64,000 nucleotides of DNA from Nemertoderma westbladi (Eukaryota > Animalia > Xenacoelomorpha), in the NCBI GenBank assembly GCA_032718475.1, contig JAUCBJ010004292.1, positions 22,804-86,803 of the forward strand. Direction: 5' to 3'. The notes beneath the pieces were generated by a model. The model was not told the origin of the DNA. It saw only the letters and a program-made list of their open reading frames with translations, and made no database searches. Positions 1-12,163 of the stretch are shown here, in pieces. The position numbers and the translations under genes are program-made. The stretch's first letter is position 1; every line of letters begins with the position of its first letter.

Positions 1-568
1 ACTCTGAGGTTACTTGTAAGAGAGAAGATCTTAAGATAGCCTACAAAGTTAAAACCGAACAACCAACAACCGAAAACATTAACAAGGTTGAGAAAGCAAA
101 GGACGATCTTAAATTGGCCAGGAACATCAGCCAGGAAAAGTACATACAGGATAAAACTGAAGCAATTACAACTGCTCACATACAGCAACAATCAAGACTT
201 ACCTGGCAAACTGTAAATGAGGTATCTGGTCGGAAAAGTTGTGCAAAGGGGCGCCTCAAAGCCGATAGTCCTGAAGAACGTGTTGGGAAGTGGAAAAATC
301 ACTTCAGCAAGTTGCTTGGGCAGCCACCAAACATCGAGGTCAGCCCTACAAGGAAAATATATGACAAGACACTACCTATAGAAACAGGGGACTTCACACC
401 TGCCGAACTCCAAAGAAGCATTAAAAGCATGTCCAATAATAAAGCGAGTGGATTAGATGAAATCCCAGCGGAGGTATGGAAAACCGGAGTGCTAAACAGA
501 CCATTATTGAATGTTTGCAACCGGATGTTAAAAGGGGAAAAGCCACCACCAATTTGGACTAAAGGTGA
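1..568 (+). mobile_element. RTE-like non-LTR retrotransposon (LINE), upstream part of ORF2 (linker before RT), interrupted by the LTR element
   Basis: Frame is open from base 3. It encodes ...WKNHFSKLL...FTPAELQRSIKSMSNNKASGLDEIPAEVWK...PPPIWTKG, typical of the LINE pre-RT region. The reading continues at 13352 once the LTR element and one TSD copy are removed. Confidence 0.9.
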
Positions 569-1746
569 TGTAAAAGCTTTTGCGTCATTAACCGGTTATT
601 TTCCCTTAAAGTACTCTGTAGTTGGTTTGCCGGGCATAAAAAGGCCGTGTCCTTGCTGTACTGGTGTTTTAGAGGACATAAAAGTCATTTCTTCTGTATT
701 TGTACTGTATTTGTACTTTAGAGGACATAATCCGCAATCTCGTGACGCGATAAGCTGGATACTCTTGAAAACAGTGTCGCTACCATGACGACGGCTAACA
801 GCGTGCCACGTCGACGTTTCTTTGTTTCTTTGTTCTCTCGTTGTTCGGTTGACCAATCAGAGCGTTTTTTGTCTCTGTGTTGGAGGTGTATACAGAACTC
901 AGTAATTCAGTGTTATGTTTTTGCCCAGAGCCTAAGAACACCGGCTTTTGGCATCTCCGTATATCAACATTCTTTAGCTTTACATTAGTAGGCTTAATTA
1001 TAGAACGTATATCTGTTATCTTAACTAATCATACAAAATCAAACCCTACTTACTTATCATACATATCTATGCAATTCATATCTTGCATTACTGCTTTGCT
1101 GTTGGTTATTCGTTATATTTGTTGATGAATTATTATATCGGAATACTGATCAATAGTCAGACACCCCACCTTCTTGATATACTAAAGGTTAGAGAGACCG
1201 GTTACAGATAAACGATTGCGACCTATGTTGAGTGGTTTGAAGTGAATCTAATGCTATTTCATATGCCCAACATAAATTGTCTGTTGCTCTCTTTATACGT
1301 GACTAAATTTAGTGAAGGTCGGCAGATTAGTGTGCAGTATTGTGCAGCATTGTGTATGATTGTAACTGATAACAAAGCATCTCCTAAAGAATGCGCCATA
1401 TACATTAATCTATAGCCTTTTCGTTGTGACTAGTTTAAGTCATAACTCTGTTTACATATTTAGAGCGCCACGTCCTAAAGGAACTGTTAATATTTCCTGA
1501 AAGTGAATAATATTTGTCAGAGATTATATATTACGATCAGTCGAATAATACAGTAGGCTTACACCATCAATCATTAAGCTCCGAACTCAGTCTCCCGGGT
1601 ATATCCAACGGGTGAATGATTGCGCATAGACTGGCTTCGGCTAATGTAGTGTATCAAATACTCGTCATAAGCTAAAGAATATATATCATCCAAAAGACAT
1701 TCTAATTTGGCAGGTTAAACTGTCAAAGGTCTTAAAAGCGCAAACA
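569..1746 (+). repeat. 5' LTR (1178 bp)
   Basis: TGTAAAAGC...GCGCAAACA, repeated at 12164-13346. By eye it differs by about 4 substitutions and one short indel. Confidence 0.97.
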
Positions 1747-2109
1747 ATAACAGATATTGCTTCTGGATTGCGGTGTAAGCAATCCAGTCTAAAGTACCGG
1801 TACCGGTTGAACGGTAACCTGTACTGCTGTAGGCCTGTAGGCCCAACTGCCCGAACCGGTACTTACGGTACAGGTACATCAGTATTATTCGATTTTGATA
1901 ATTATATACCGGTAGGCCTTAATAATTAATCAGGGACGGCCGCCCTGGTTTTTTATTGAGATTTTACTTGTTTCTGTCAAGTTTTATTTATTTGCAGGCC
2001 AGTATTGAGCAGAAGGCGTGTAAGCCTGCTCAGATTGTACAGATAATTTGTAGGCTTGACTGTTGGCTGGCTAGCTGTTGATTAGGTCTGAACGGATTGC
2101 AGTGCATGT

Positions 2110-2620
2110 AGAGTGTATGTCCAATAAAGAACGGTTAGGAAGTAGGGGCAGCCATCGCTGTAAGGTAAACCCCCATCTAAAGAATAAGTCGTACTACTGG
2201 GTTAGAACGCATACTACTTAACCATTTTGGAGTCTGCATGTCCTGTGGTTTATTTAGGCTTGATAGGAGTCCGCCAGCGTTCGGTCTGTACTTTGTTTGT
2301 GTAGTCTGTACGGGTAGCGTATAATTTTATTTAGATAACTTGTAGGCTGGATAGTTGTCTGGCTGTTGTTGGGTTTGAGGAAATTTCGGTGTGTGCAAAG
2401 CATCTGTCCGATAAAGAACGGTTAGGAAGTAGGGGCAGCCATCGCTGTAAGGTAAACCCACATCTAAAGAATAAGTCGTACTACTGGGTTAGAACGCATA
2501 CTACTTAATCATTTCGGAGTCTGCATATACCGTAGTTTGTTTAGGCTTGATAGTAGTCTGTCAGTATTTAGTCTGCATTTTGTTTGAATGGTTTGTACGC
2601 GTAGCGTAATATTTATTATT
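2110..2620 (+). repeat. About 287-bp tandem duplication in the retroelement 5' leader
   Basis: ATAAAGAACGGTTAGGAAGTAGGGGCAGCC...GCATACTACTTAA occurs at 2124 and at 2411. Confidence 0.85.
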
Positions 2621-4038
2621 CAGAGTTTATGCTATTATTCGCAACATTCATTCCCCAAGTTTGTTCCTACAGTAATTGTGTTTGTTATACATACCGTTAT
2701 AGTTAAACTAACCCCGGTACTACACGGGCTGCTTGGCGTAGGTAAAGACTGGTGATTTTGTGCACCGGTCACTCCGGCAGATACCGTGGTTCTTTTGGCT
2801 GTTCAAGTATTTTTAACTACTAATTATTTGTTGTACAAGTACTTGTACCTAATTTAGGGTTTAGTGTACAGTGCTTTCCGAAAGCAATTAGTGTGTAGCC
2901 AGTGTATTTGTGTTGTAAAGTGGTTGATAGGCACGTACGTTAGCTCTATTAACTTCTAGGTAGGGACACTCCGTGATACATAACGTAGTACCTATAGCGA
3001 TACGGTTATAGGTCGTCAGGCGGTGGTATTTTCCTATCTGGACAGCGCAGTATATTTACTACTACTTATTATTTTCAAATACCGTAGTAACCTGTCCATT
3101 GTAATAACCAGATATTCTAACCCTTTGTTAGGCTGGTTAGTAGACTTCTTGTAAAATTACCCTAAAAATTTGTATTTGTGTATTTGTAATTAAATTTTTG
3201 TGTTTATTTAGAGATTGTAATGTCAACCCGAATTGTACGTAATTTGTAGTATTAAGTAACTTAGGTAAATTAGAATTATTTGTTTTAGTGTCCAACAAGT
3301 AGCACTCCACTGAGAGCGCACAGCTTATGTGTAGTGACTCCCCCAGAAATAATAACATTTATTTCAAACATTGACAAAACCCATTAAACGGGTATATATA
3401 TATTATAAATCAACTCAAACGATTTATAAATAGTAGGCCTGCCATACAACAATTAGGTCTCAATATCAGTTGGACTACTGCTTAAATAACGGTAATAAAG
3501 TAAGTTAAAGTAACCAAGTAACCTTAAAATTCAGAAATTCAATTATTTAAAATAATTGATATACCGGTATCCACGATAGGCCTATTATATATTTATATTT
3601 GTACTGAAATCATACCGGTATTCTGTAATTAATTCTAGTTAATAATTATACTTATATATCCTATAAGTGTAAACTGTATACCGGTATCCACGATAGGCCT
3701 ATTATATATTTATATATATTTGTGCTAAAATTATATACCGGTTTCTGTGAAAAACCTAGTCTGTAATAATACTTATATATACTATAAGCATACCGGTATT
3801 CTAAAATATTATATATATCACGCTACACTGAGTAGCAGTATCGGTAATTAATTACTAGGCTAGCAGTTAAGGCTGAATTACTAGACTTGCTTAGACTGTA
3901 ATATAGCAGTAGGCTTAACTGTGTAAACAAACATGTCTGATACTAAGCAGAGCCTGTCAGACAGTTTATTGGATGTAATTATGCGACTCAGATAGAGGTG
4001 TAGAACCGTCTAGTCCTAAGTTCAGTTCACCTCCCACT

Positions 4039-6993
4039 GTGAGGAAAGTCATCCCTCCAGTAGTAATAACAGAACCTAGGCTGGTCCAGCACCGTAGGTC
4101 TATCATAGGCACTCGAGCCCGGGTCAAGCAGGACCAAGAAGCAGCGGAACAGCAACAACCCGTGAGCCAAGAACTTATTTCTCAGCGGCCCGACAGCTCC
4201 AGTAGTGAAGATACTGTAGAACTGACACCTGAGCGCGGAGCAAGGATGACGGATGCGGTTTATTCGGATCCCCTTCTCATCCTTCCTGCAGCCGTACTCA
4301 CTAGGTTATTGATCGCGGTGGAAGAACACCAGATCGATTGGGCGAGAAGTAAGCGCTCAACTAAAGATAGCTATGAGGGATACACAAGGGAAGAACTGAA
4401 GTCTATGGTCGAGTCGCAATGGAACTTCCCCGGACCCGGACTCCCGTTTGATTTATCAGAAGCTGCCTGGGAAGACATACACCGGATGGGAGTAGCCAAG
4501 GAAACCATCGATCCAGCTGTGTGGAAGAGGTCCGCAGCCGGATACGCACAGGGATTCTTCAGCTCTATGGAGCGAGTAGAAAAACAACTGTTACAACAAC
4601 CTCAAGGACCTCAAGAGCAGGGACAACTGCTTTATCAGGTTAGAGAAAGAATTCTGCGAATCAGGCTAATATTATCAGCCTTTGAAGAGGCTTCTAAAAG
4701 AAGACAAGACACGTCGTTGCAAGTTGCCGTAAAGACTTGGTTTCAACGGGTGAGTCGCCAGGTTCAAGGAACAGCTCAGTGGAAAGCTCAGCTGGAGGAG
4801 CGCTCAACCCATGGAGAATCAACAGACGATACTTTTTCCCAAGTGGAGAGTGAAGCGACAGCAGCGAAACTGCATAAGAGGGATGCTATTGACATCTATC
4901 TGTCGGACTATCAACGTTTTGTAGGAGATGAAGAGTTGAGGAGAAGACTAGAGGGGCTTAGCCCTAATAGTGAAGGAGCCCAGCTTGTGTTGGACGCAAT
5001 TGATGTGGATAGGTTAGCAGCGAACCAAGCTAAATTCGATGAACAACTCCGCATCGCTAGAGACCAAGAAGAAAGGGTTAAGAAAAAACGCATAGAAGAC
5101 AGAAAGAAAGCAGCAGTAGCAGCTGCAGAAGCCGAAAGGAAGGCAGCCGAAGAGGAAAGTAAAGCAGCCGAAGCGGAAAGAAAAGCGGCAGCGGCAGAGG
5201 CAGAAGCGAAAAGAAAAGCAGCCGAAATGGAAAGAAAAGCAGCCGAAATGGAAAGAGAAGCGGCAGCGGCAGAGACAGAAGCGAAAAGAAAGGCAACCGA
5301 AATGGAAAGAAAAGCGGCAAAGGCAGCGGCAGAAGCGGAGCGGATAGCGGCCGAAGAGATTGCCCAATTGGAATTGGAAAATATTCAGGAGAATCAAGAC
5401 TGCATAAATAAACAGTTAACAGCTAGTAATATGCAGATGATGAATCGATCTACTCCCAAAAGACAGGGATATACATCATCTGAGGAAGGCGATACCACCG
5501 ACACTGAAGGCAAAGGAAATAGATCTCACCTAAGCAGACGCAAAAGAACATTCCACCGTCAAAAATTGCCTGATTTGCCTCCAGCTGTTAGAAGGCAACT
5601 AAATAACACCAACTTAGGTAGTACAGAACCCACAGACCAAATAATTACAATAGAGAGACTCCCTACTATAGTAGATGAGCCTGAAATAATTAGGCCTGTT
5701 CCCGAAGCCACCCTTTCGGTCGTAGAGACACCTGTACTCCCTGAACCTACTTCTCAATTCCCTTTGCACAGCACTAAGCTACCTGTGCCCAGCAGAACAG
5801 TCCGTGAGACAGTTCATACCCTGGACTCCGAGCGAAATATTCATGATTTGTCGCCCGTTGTCCCTCGTCCACCCGCTACAACGTTGGCGAATCCCGCTTC
5901 GGCGGTCGAATGGGTGGATGAGAGACGACGGGGGATGGATCTCCTGCTCGGACAGATGCAGGAGACTGTTCAACAATTCAAAGGCACAGTAAGGGAAAGT
6001 AGGCTAGAGTTGCAAGAAGTGCAGCAAAGTATCGCGCTAGAACGCGATGAATTAGTAAATACACAAAGGGGTATACCACCACCCCCTGTAACAATGTGTC
6101 AACCTGTTAGGTCTGAAGTATCTCATGCGCAAGGTGTGGAGCCTACACGCATCTATACTGCTAGCGAAGTAGAAACTCCTATAGTGAACCCTATTAAGGG
6201 TAATTATAGACCTGTTGATAATGATATTCCCTATAGACCGGATCATAATCCGAGAAATTTATATACCGATAACTCGATATTAAATAACACGATGGCCCAA
6301 GAAAGTTTTACGCGTCAAATGGCTAGAACCGAAGCCCGGCAAGCGGTAAAGGTGGGAGAGATCGTCAAGTTCAATGGAGATGAGATGAAATGGTTACCTT
6401 TTAATGAATATTACAAAGATAACATACAGAACTCTGTACTATCTAATGGAGAGAAACTTAGATTCCTCATCGAGTGCTTGGAAGGATCTCCCAAGTTAAT
6501 GGCGTTAAAGTTTATTGGACATCCAGACGGATTAAGACAAGTTTGGGATACACTAAACATCAGGTATGGTAATAGGAACAACATAGCTGGGTATTTGTAT
6601 GCAAAGTTGGTAGCGCCCCGAAAGTTTATTAGCAGCGGAATTATAGAGTTTTCCGATGAAATTCAGGAGATCTGCAGACAATTAGATTGGCTAGGTAAGT
6701 CTCATGAGTATCAGAATGCTATGGTTATTAGAGCAGTGGCTTCTACTTTACCGAAGGGTGGAGTAGGTACACGCTGGGATAAGAAAGTGTTATATATGAT
6801 GGAACAACAACGACGAGACCCTACCATGGCTGATCTCATGTCATTCCTAGATGGAGAAGTGAAATTACAGCTCCTGAAACTGTCCAGAGAGAAGACACCG
6901 GAAAACAAGGTAAGTGAAAAACCCGTCGCTAGGAGAAAGGTAACACCAGTGTGTTATACAGCGGGAAAGACACTGACCGCGCTTATTACGTAA
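4039..6993 (+). CDS. gag: BEL/Pao Gag (N-terminal coiled-coil/EAK-rich region plus DUF1759-like capsid region)
   Basis: 984-aa ORF containing KFNGDEMKWLPFNEYY...LSNGEKLRFLIECLEG...WDTLNIRYG, the BEL Gag core motif. The true start may be a downstream ATG (for example 4246). Confidence 0.88.
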   Translation: MRKVIPPVVITEPRLVQHRRSIIGTRARVKQDQEAAEQQQPVSQELISQRPDSSSSEDTVELTPERGARMTDAVYSDPLLILPAAVLTRLLIAVEEHQIDWARSKRSTKDSYEGYTREELKSMVESQWNFPGPGLPFDLSEAAWEDIHRMGVAKETIDPAVWKRSAAGYAQGFFSSMERVEKQLLQQPQGPQEQGQLLYQVRERILRIRLILSAFEEASKRRQDTSLQVAVKTWFQRVSRQVQGTAQWKAQLEERSTHGESTDDTFSQVESEATAAKLHKRDAIDIYLSDYQRFVGDEELRRRLEGLSPNSEGAQLVLDAIDVDRLAANQAKFDEQLRIARDQEERVKKKRIEDRKKAAVAAAEAERKAAEEESKAAEAERKAAAAEAEAKRKAAEMERKAAEMEREAAAAETEAKRKATEMERKAAKAAAEAERIAAEEIAQLELENIQENQDCINKQLTASNMQMMNRSTPKRQGYTSSEEGDTTDTEGKGNRSHLSRRKRTFHRQKLPDLPPAVRRQLNNTNLGSTEPTDQIITIERLPTIVDEPEIIRPVPEATLSVVETPVLPEPTSQFPLHSTKLPVPSRTVRETVHTLDSERNIHDLSPVVPRPPATTLANPASAVEWVDERRRGMDLLLGQMQETVQQFKGTVRESRLELQEVQQSIALERDELVNTQRGIPPPPVTMCQPVRSEVSHAQGVEPTRIYTASEVETPIVNPIKGNYRPVDNDIPYRPDHNPRNLYTDNSILNNTMAQESFTRQMARTEARQAVKVGEIVKFNGDEMKWLPFNEYYKDNIQNSVLSNGEKLRFLIECLEGSPKLMALKFIGHPDGLRQVWDTLNIRYGNRNNIAGYLYAKLVAPRKFISSGIIEFSDEIQEICRQLDWLGKSHEYQNAMVIRAVASTLPKGGVGTRWDKKVLYMMEQQRRDPTMADLMSFLDGEVKLQLLKLSREKTPENKVSEKPVARRKVTPVCYTAGKTLTALIT

Positions 6994-8912
6994 ATAAAAT
7001 GCCTATAGAACAGGTAAGTAAATTCAAGTCTCGACCCAATGACAGAAGAGAACCGGTAAGAAAAACCCCTCCTACGTCTCCCAAGAGAATTCATGTAAGA
7101 AAGCCCGAGGAAAGAACAAGTGTGCACCACACAGCACAGGTTAAAGTAAGTAACATCAAACCCAAATGTGTGCTGTGCGACGGGCCCCACCGCTTGAATA
7201 TGTGCGATGAATTCTTAAAGAAATCATTAAAAGAGAGACGGGAAGTCATGTGGGATAAGCGGTTGTGTTATAATTGCCTCAGACGAGGACACCAACGGCG
7301 AACCTGTTACTCCGACGCAAGGTGTGCAAAGTGCGGTGCAAAACATCATATCTTGTTGCACACTGAATTCGAACGAAGCAGCCCGAGTCAGGTAAGTGAG
7401 TCCGAACAACTACATGTCCAATTCAGTGATGTGAACGACACTGACCAAAGTTCTGAGATGGAAGGATTCTATACGGACGAATTCTCTGACCAAAACGAAT
7501 CCTGTTACTTAATAAACACCACCGCAGTGTATCGAGCACTCATGTATGAGAAAGACACAGACAGCGACCTCACCCTAACTACTTCAGATCAACAACAATC
7601 TTGGAAAGCGCCAACTTCAAATGTAGGAATCCGAGAATTTCCTGTAGTCCAGTTATGGGTCCACGGACCTCAGAAGAGCTATATAGTGAACGCCCTCCTG
7701 GACTCCGGCAGCACAGGAACATTCATCGATAAAGAACTAGCCGAAGACATCTTTGCTGGACAACCCAAGTTCCGAACCAAGCTAAACATGTCAGGGATCA
7801 TGCAGGTTTGGAAATCTGCTGTGGCTGCCGACTATTATATAGGTGAGTTGTCCACTCCACAGGATAAACTAGGAGAACACAGTATAAGGTCAGTCAAAAT
7901 GGTGGCAATAAAGAACTTCGCTACCACCCAAGTGGAACCTTATAATTGGGACGAAGATGATCATGCCCAACAACTTAACATTCCTAGATTCGACACCGAT
8001 TATCCTGGAGTACAAATATTAATCGGTCAAAACGCGCATGAGGTGCTGGAGACATTGGAGAAACGACCTGCTCAACCGCAACCACTTCAGACCTATGCGG
8101 TAAGAACTAGAGTAGGTTGGTACCTTACTGGACCTTCCCGAAGAACGCTCAGAGAAAGACTGCTTCAAGATCGCGTCTGCCAGGTGAGTGAATGGGAAGA
8201 TGATACTAGTGAGGGAGACGACCCAACTGAGGGAACACCATACTCCTCAGATAATGACGATATTAGCTCCAATGTAGATCAATGGAGATATTGCCCCAAG
8301 AAGTTTAATCCAACTGACATCGCTTCCAGAGGAGCAACTCCTCAAGAACTGACAGATACTACAGACCGGTTAGGTGAACCCGACTTCCTGAGTAAGGAGG
8401 ATGAATGGCCTCCCCATCTTACTCCGACTGAGATTAGACCAGCCAAGGGAGCGGAGAAAGTCAAACCTAAAACCCGGACGGGTGGATCGGAGTTATTTGA
8501 ACCCGGGATAGATCTGTCGGTATTACATATTGCCAGGGACGACGCCGTGGATCTGGACCTCCCCACCGCGAGTGGATCCTTCATGAAGATCAGAGAGAGC
8601 GATTGGAGCTCTGGAACATCAGACGTCTCGCAGGGACTCTCACCTCTCCTGCAGGGAGCGACGGACCACTATAGCTCCTGGAATCGGCTTTGTAAGGCCG
8701 TCGTGTACCTAGAGCGATGTTTCTATCGTCACTATTCCAGGACGAAGAGGAAACCTGGAATTGTATTCGGGATGCAGCGACTCAATCACCCAGTCGGTCG
8801 TTTGTGTTTACCGGAAGGGAATGGAGGACTCTCCGGAAACTGTGGAAGGCAAGATTCTCTTCCCACGACCACCTCCCTAATCCTTCAAACATCTAGGGAC
8901 TCCATAACGTAA
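6951..8912 (+). CDS. BEL/Pao zinc knuckles + aspartic protease + post-RNase H remnant, in the -1 frame relative to gag
   Basis: CVLCDGPH..C, CYNCLRRGH..C and CAKCGAKHHILLH knuckles; ALLDSGSTGTFI protease; ILIG..TRVGWYLTGP. It then jumps to QWRYCPKKFNPTDIASRG..P.FL..EWP and YSSWNRL, motifs that normally follow RNase H. Confidence 0.88.
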   Translation: MLYSGKDTDRAYYVNKMPIEQVSKFKSRPNDRREPVRKTPPTSPKRIHVRKPEERTSVHHTAQVKVSNIKPKCVLCDGPHRLNMCDEFLKKSLKERREVMWDKRLCYNCLRRGHQRRTCYSDARCAKCGAKHHILLHTEFERSSPSQVSESEQLHVQFSDVNDTDQSSEMEGFYTDEFSDQNESCYLINTTAVYRALMYEKDTDSDLTLTTSDQQQSWKAPTSNVGIREFPVVQLWVHGPQKSYIVNALLDSGSTGTFIDKELAEDIFAGQPKFRTKLNMSGIMQVWKSAVAADYYIGELSTPQDKLGEHSIRSVKMVAIKNFATTQVEPYNWDEDDHAQQLNIPRFDTDYPGVQILIGQNAHEVLETLEKRPAQPQPLQTYAVRTRVGWYLTGPSRRTLRERLLQDRVCQVSEWEDDTSEGDDPTEGTPYSSDNDDISSNVDQWRYCPKKFNPTDIASRGATPQELTDTTDRLGEPDFLSKEDEWPPHLTPTEIRPAKGAEKVKPKTRTGGSELFEPGIDLSVLHIARDDAVDLDLPTASGSFMKIRESDWSSGTSDVSQGLSPLLQGATDHYSSWNRLCKAVVYLERCFYRHYSRTKRKPGIVFGMQRLNHPVGRLCLPEGNGGLSGNCGRQDSLPTTTSLILQTSRDSIT

Positions 8913-8937
8913 CAACATATGGAGTGGGTGTGTGACT

Positions 8938-8966
8938 CTATTATTTTATATTATTTTATTATTTTT
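8938..8966 (+). repeat. (TATTT)n microsatellite
   Basis: Seen directly, just after the protease ORF. Confidence 0.7.
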
Positions 8967-10563
8967 ATATTTATGTATGTATTATTATGTAATTTTATTT
9001 TAATCGTTTTATTTAATTTTATTTAGTAGTATGGTATTTTAGAAATTATTTAGTAGATTAGTGCAATATATATTCGCGTTTATTATTTAATTACGTATAT
9101 TATATATTTAGTGCGACGGCGAGAAATAATTATTTTTCTCTTTCCTTACTGCCCGTATTACATTATAAATACGTGACTACAGTAAGATGAAATGTCCGTA
9201 CTTATTAAAGTACAATAAAGCCACTACTATATTCAAGTATTATTGGTAGGCAGAGTATTAGGAATGCAAAGTTCAGATCCTCGTGTCTCGGCTAAACCAA
9301 GCTCTGGGTAGACCTTGGAAACGACTTGCCTCTTCACACTGGCATTGCTTCGTGCGATATTGCTCTCATACCGTATATTAAATAATACATATAGTAGCGT
9401 GATGTCCCTTTAACAGTAGCGTATAACGCAAAATAAATCTGTTAAACCCTTTGACCATCTGTAATTCTAGTCGATTAAGATATCGCGGCACCCACCGATA
9501 TACTTGAAAGACAAAATTCTAGAATCAGTGGTTAACGTCCCCAGACAAGTTCTGGAATAAACTGGTGCCCATCCTAAATATTAATTATTAATATTTACAA
9601 AAATCTGTCAAATATCAGATCCTTTAAAATTCTAGTCGATTAAGATATCGTAGCACTTACCGATACTCTTAAAAGGACAATTTTTATAGAATTAAGGATC
9701 CTATGTCCCCAGACCTGCTCTGGAATCAAATTGTGTCAATTTTAACATCAAATAATAAAATTCACGGGAATAAATTTAAATTCATATATTTAAATGAATT
9801 TAATAAATTGTCATTTTATACAATTTATAACATTCCCAAAATTCCATTAATTAATAGATCATGGGAGCGGAGATTCACTCTATTAAGTGTATTTGTGTGC
9901 GAGAATCTCCAATGTGTAGTCAATAGCCGATAAAATTCATAAAATCATATATAGAGAGGATATTGACAATTAAAGAATTACTATTAAATAGCATCCCAGA
10001 TCTGCATGCAAGAGAATTACCCTAATTCTACCGCTAGCTTTCCATAATGTCACCATGGCAACAACCACGCTAGAATTAGAAGTGAGTTAAAAGAACAATA
10101 GAAAGCATGCCCCATTGAATAGCATACGGAATAAATAGCACACCGCTAGTATCCAAGAATACATAATAACAACGTGACATTCTGGAAGGCACTTGACTAA
10201 CGGACAAATGACCCGAATGTGTGATAGAATGTGTACCATTTGTGACTGTTACGTGGAATTTGTGCGTTTGTAGGTGAATGTTACTACTAAGGTGTGTTTA
10301 CAGTAGCGAGTCGCAATTGTGAAAGTAACCCTAACTCTCCAGTAAGAACCTGAAGTATATCTAAGCCTTTGGGACGGACGGTGGAGTGGCTCGTGCTGGT
10401 TGTTGTAGTCGTTGTGCAGCTACGACGTTGGCGATAGGCACATCGGCGAAAGTACACCAGCGCTGAGGATCTCGCACTGTCCGGGGGCAGAGAGGGGTAG
10501 GCAGCGACGCCCGCTCGCCTAAATATAAACTCATTATAATATGGATAAACTTATATAGCAGAT

Positions 10564-12085
10564 ATGATTGAGTTGATAGAAGATGATCTTGGTATCAGAG
10601 AGCGATATACTCTACTTTTACAAGCGTTTGTTGATAGCTTGATACGCGGCGACGCTGGTCCAACTGCTGCGGAGGACGATGGTCGTTATATCGAACCGCC
10701 AATGTCCCAAGAGAAGCTCACGTGTGAGTTGGACTATAGAAAATTCACCGCTCGCTATACGCATCGTAATGGTATATATATGAACTTCTTAACTACTAGT
10801 CATCCTATCGACCTACACGATACGAACGATATAGACACCAAAGGAAAATGGTTTTATTTAAATATCATACCCAGCGGAAGCGGAACGATAGACTGGGACT
10901 CGAACACGAAAATTCTATTCGAAACCGACTCGAAAGTGCAGATGTCGAAGAGCCGGATAAACGCAGCGACTCCACCAAATACCTGGAATGCTTGAGAGAA
11001 ACCTATCTCGATATTACCAGTCAACAGAATCTAGAAACTCGATATCCTCAAGGTATACATCATGACCGCATGGTAGAACTCAAACGGCTCTATTCCACTA
11101 TGATGTATCTTACCGCCGATCGATCGCTACCTGTTGTACCGGATAGCTTCGAACGGATGGAGGAATATTGTAAGCTGGAGAAAGATCACTCGCGTTTCCC
11201 CTACAAGACGTGCGTTTTTGGTATTATTGCGATGAATGCCCAAGACCCAACCAACAAACGGAAAGACATAAACATCCGCGGAGACGTTGCTTTAAACACG
11301 GTTTTACTCGCTATACTTACGGGAGTTTCGAGCGAAACTTGTTCAATGTATCACCTACGCTCGTTCGACTCAGACGATCCTTAAATAAACCAATGATCAG
11401 AGTTTCGGAATACTCGATCAGAGCTCCTCATTCCCTAGTGAGACCTCAGACTCTTGATCCTATCAGTATGACGGATCCTCCCGAGCTGTACTCACTGCTC
11501 AAATATCTAGTGTTACCTGAACGATTAGTCGGTGGCACCCAGTTGTGGGCTTCCTAGATATTAGCCCATCCTACCTAGCCGAATTGGGACGCGGACATTT
11601 AATATCGCCGTTTAACCCTTACCACCGTCCCGGCTTAACACGATATAACCTGTCACCAAAGTGGCGGAGAACGTTGTACCAAACGAGTTAAACGCTATTC
11701 TACAAAAATCAGAAAGGAAACCTGCGTTTGTTCAGATAAACGTAAGTTGTAACAGCAAGTCCAAGCGATAAACGAATTGCCTTTATCTCAGTTCGATTGT
11801 GAAATCCAGAATCTCTAAGAAGATATCGAACTTAGACAACCCCATTCTCTGCGAGAGTTTTTGGATGAACGTATCCAGCTACGAGCGGAGGAAAATCAGC
11901 TCGAGGAGAAGCATATCGAAACGGCGGATACCCCGACCATAATCCTACACCTTCTGATGCAATCATATTGCACCCTTCACCCAGGATTTATAGCCCTCCT
12001 AGTAAAGTGGCTCGCCCCTAAAGAGAAAAGGACTCTTGCTAGCCTCAAAAGGCTGCGTAAACGCCGTCCGCGTAAGAAAGACTAA
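10564..12085 (+). pseudogene. Fragmented accessory ORF(s) of unknown function in the env position of the LTR element
   Basis: Overlapping + strand ORFs (143, 178, 115 and 74 aa) in a CpG-rich block between AT-rich spacer and the PPT. No family recognised. Confidence 0.4.
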
Positions 12086-12154
12086 CTGTTTAGAGTATTT
12101 TTATATTTTAGAAACTGTGATTTGTTATATTTTATAGACTTAAATCCCATTTTC

Positions 12155-12163
12155 TGGGAGCGG
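12155..12163 (+). promoter_or_regulatory. Polypurine tract (plus-strand primer)
   Basis: TGGGAGCGG abuts the TG of the 3' LTR. Confidence 0.75.

Noticed and set aside
596-1125. Short ORFs duplicated at 12122-12725
   Set aside because: They lie inside the LTRs, and the duplication is just the LTR pair. The C-terminus of ORF 114-788 is LINE read-through into the LTR.
4911-5397. Phe/Leu/Cys-rich minus-strand ORFs
   Set aside because: Antisense shadow of the EAK-rich coiled coil in gag.
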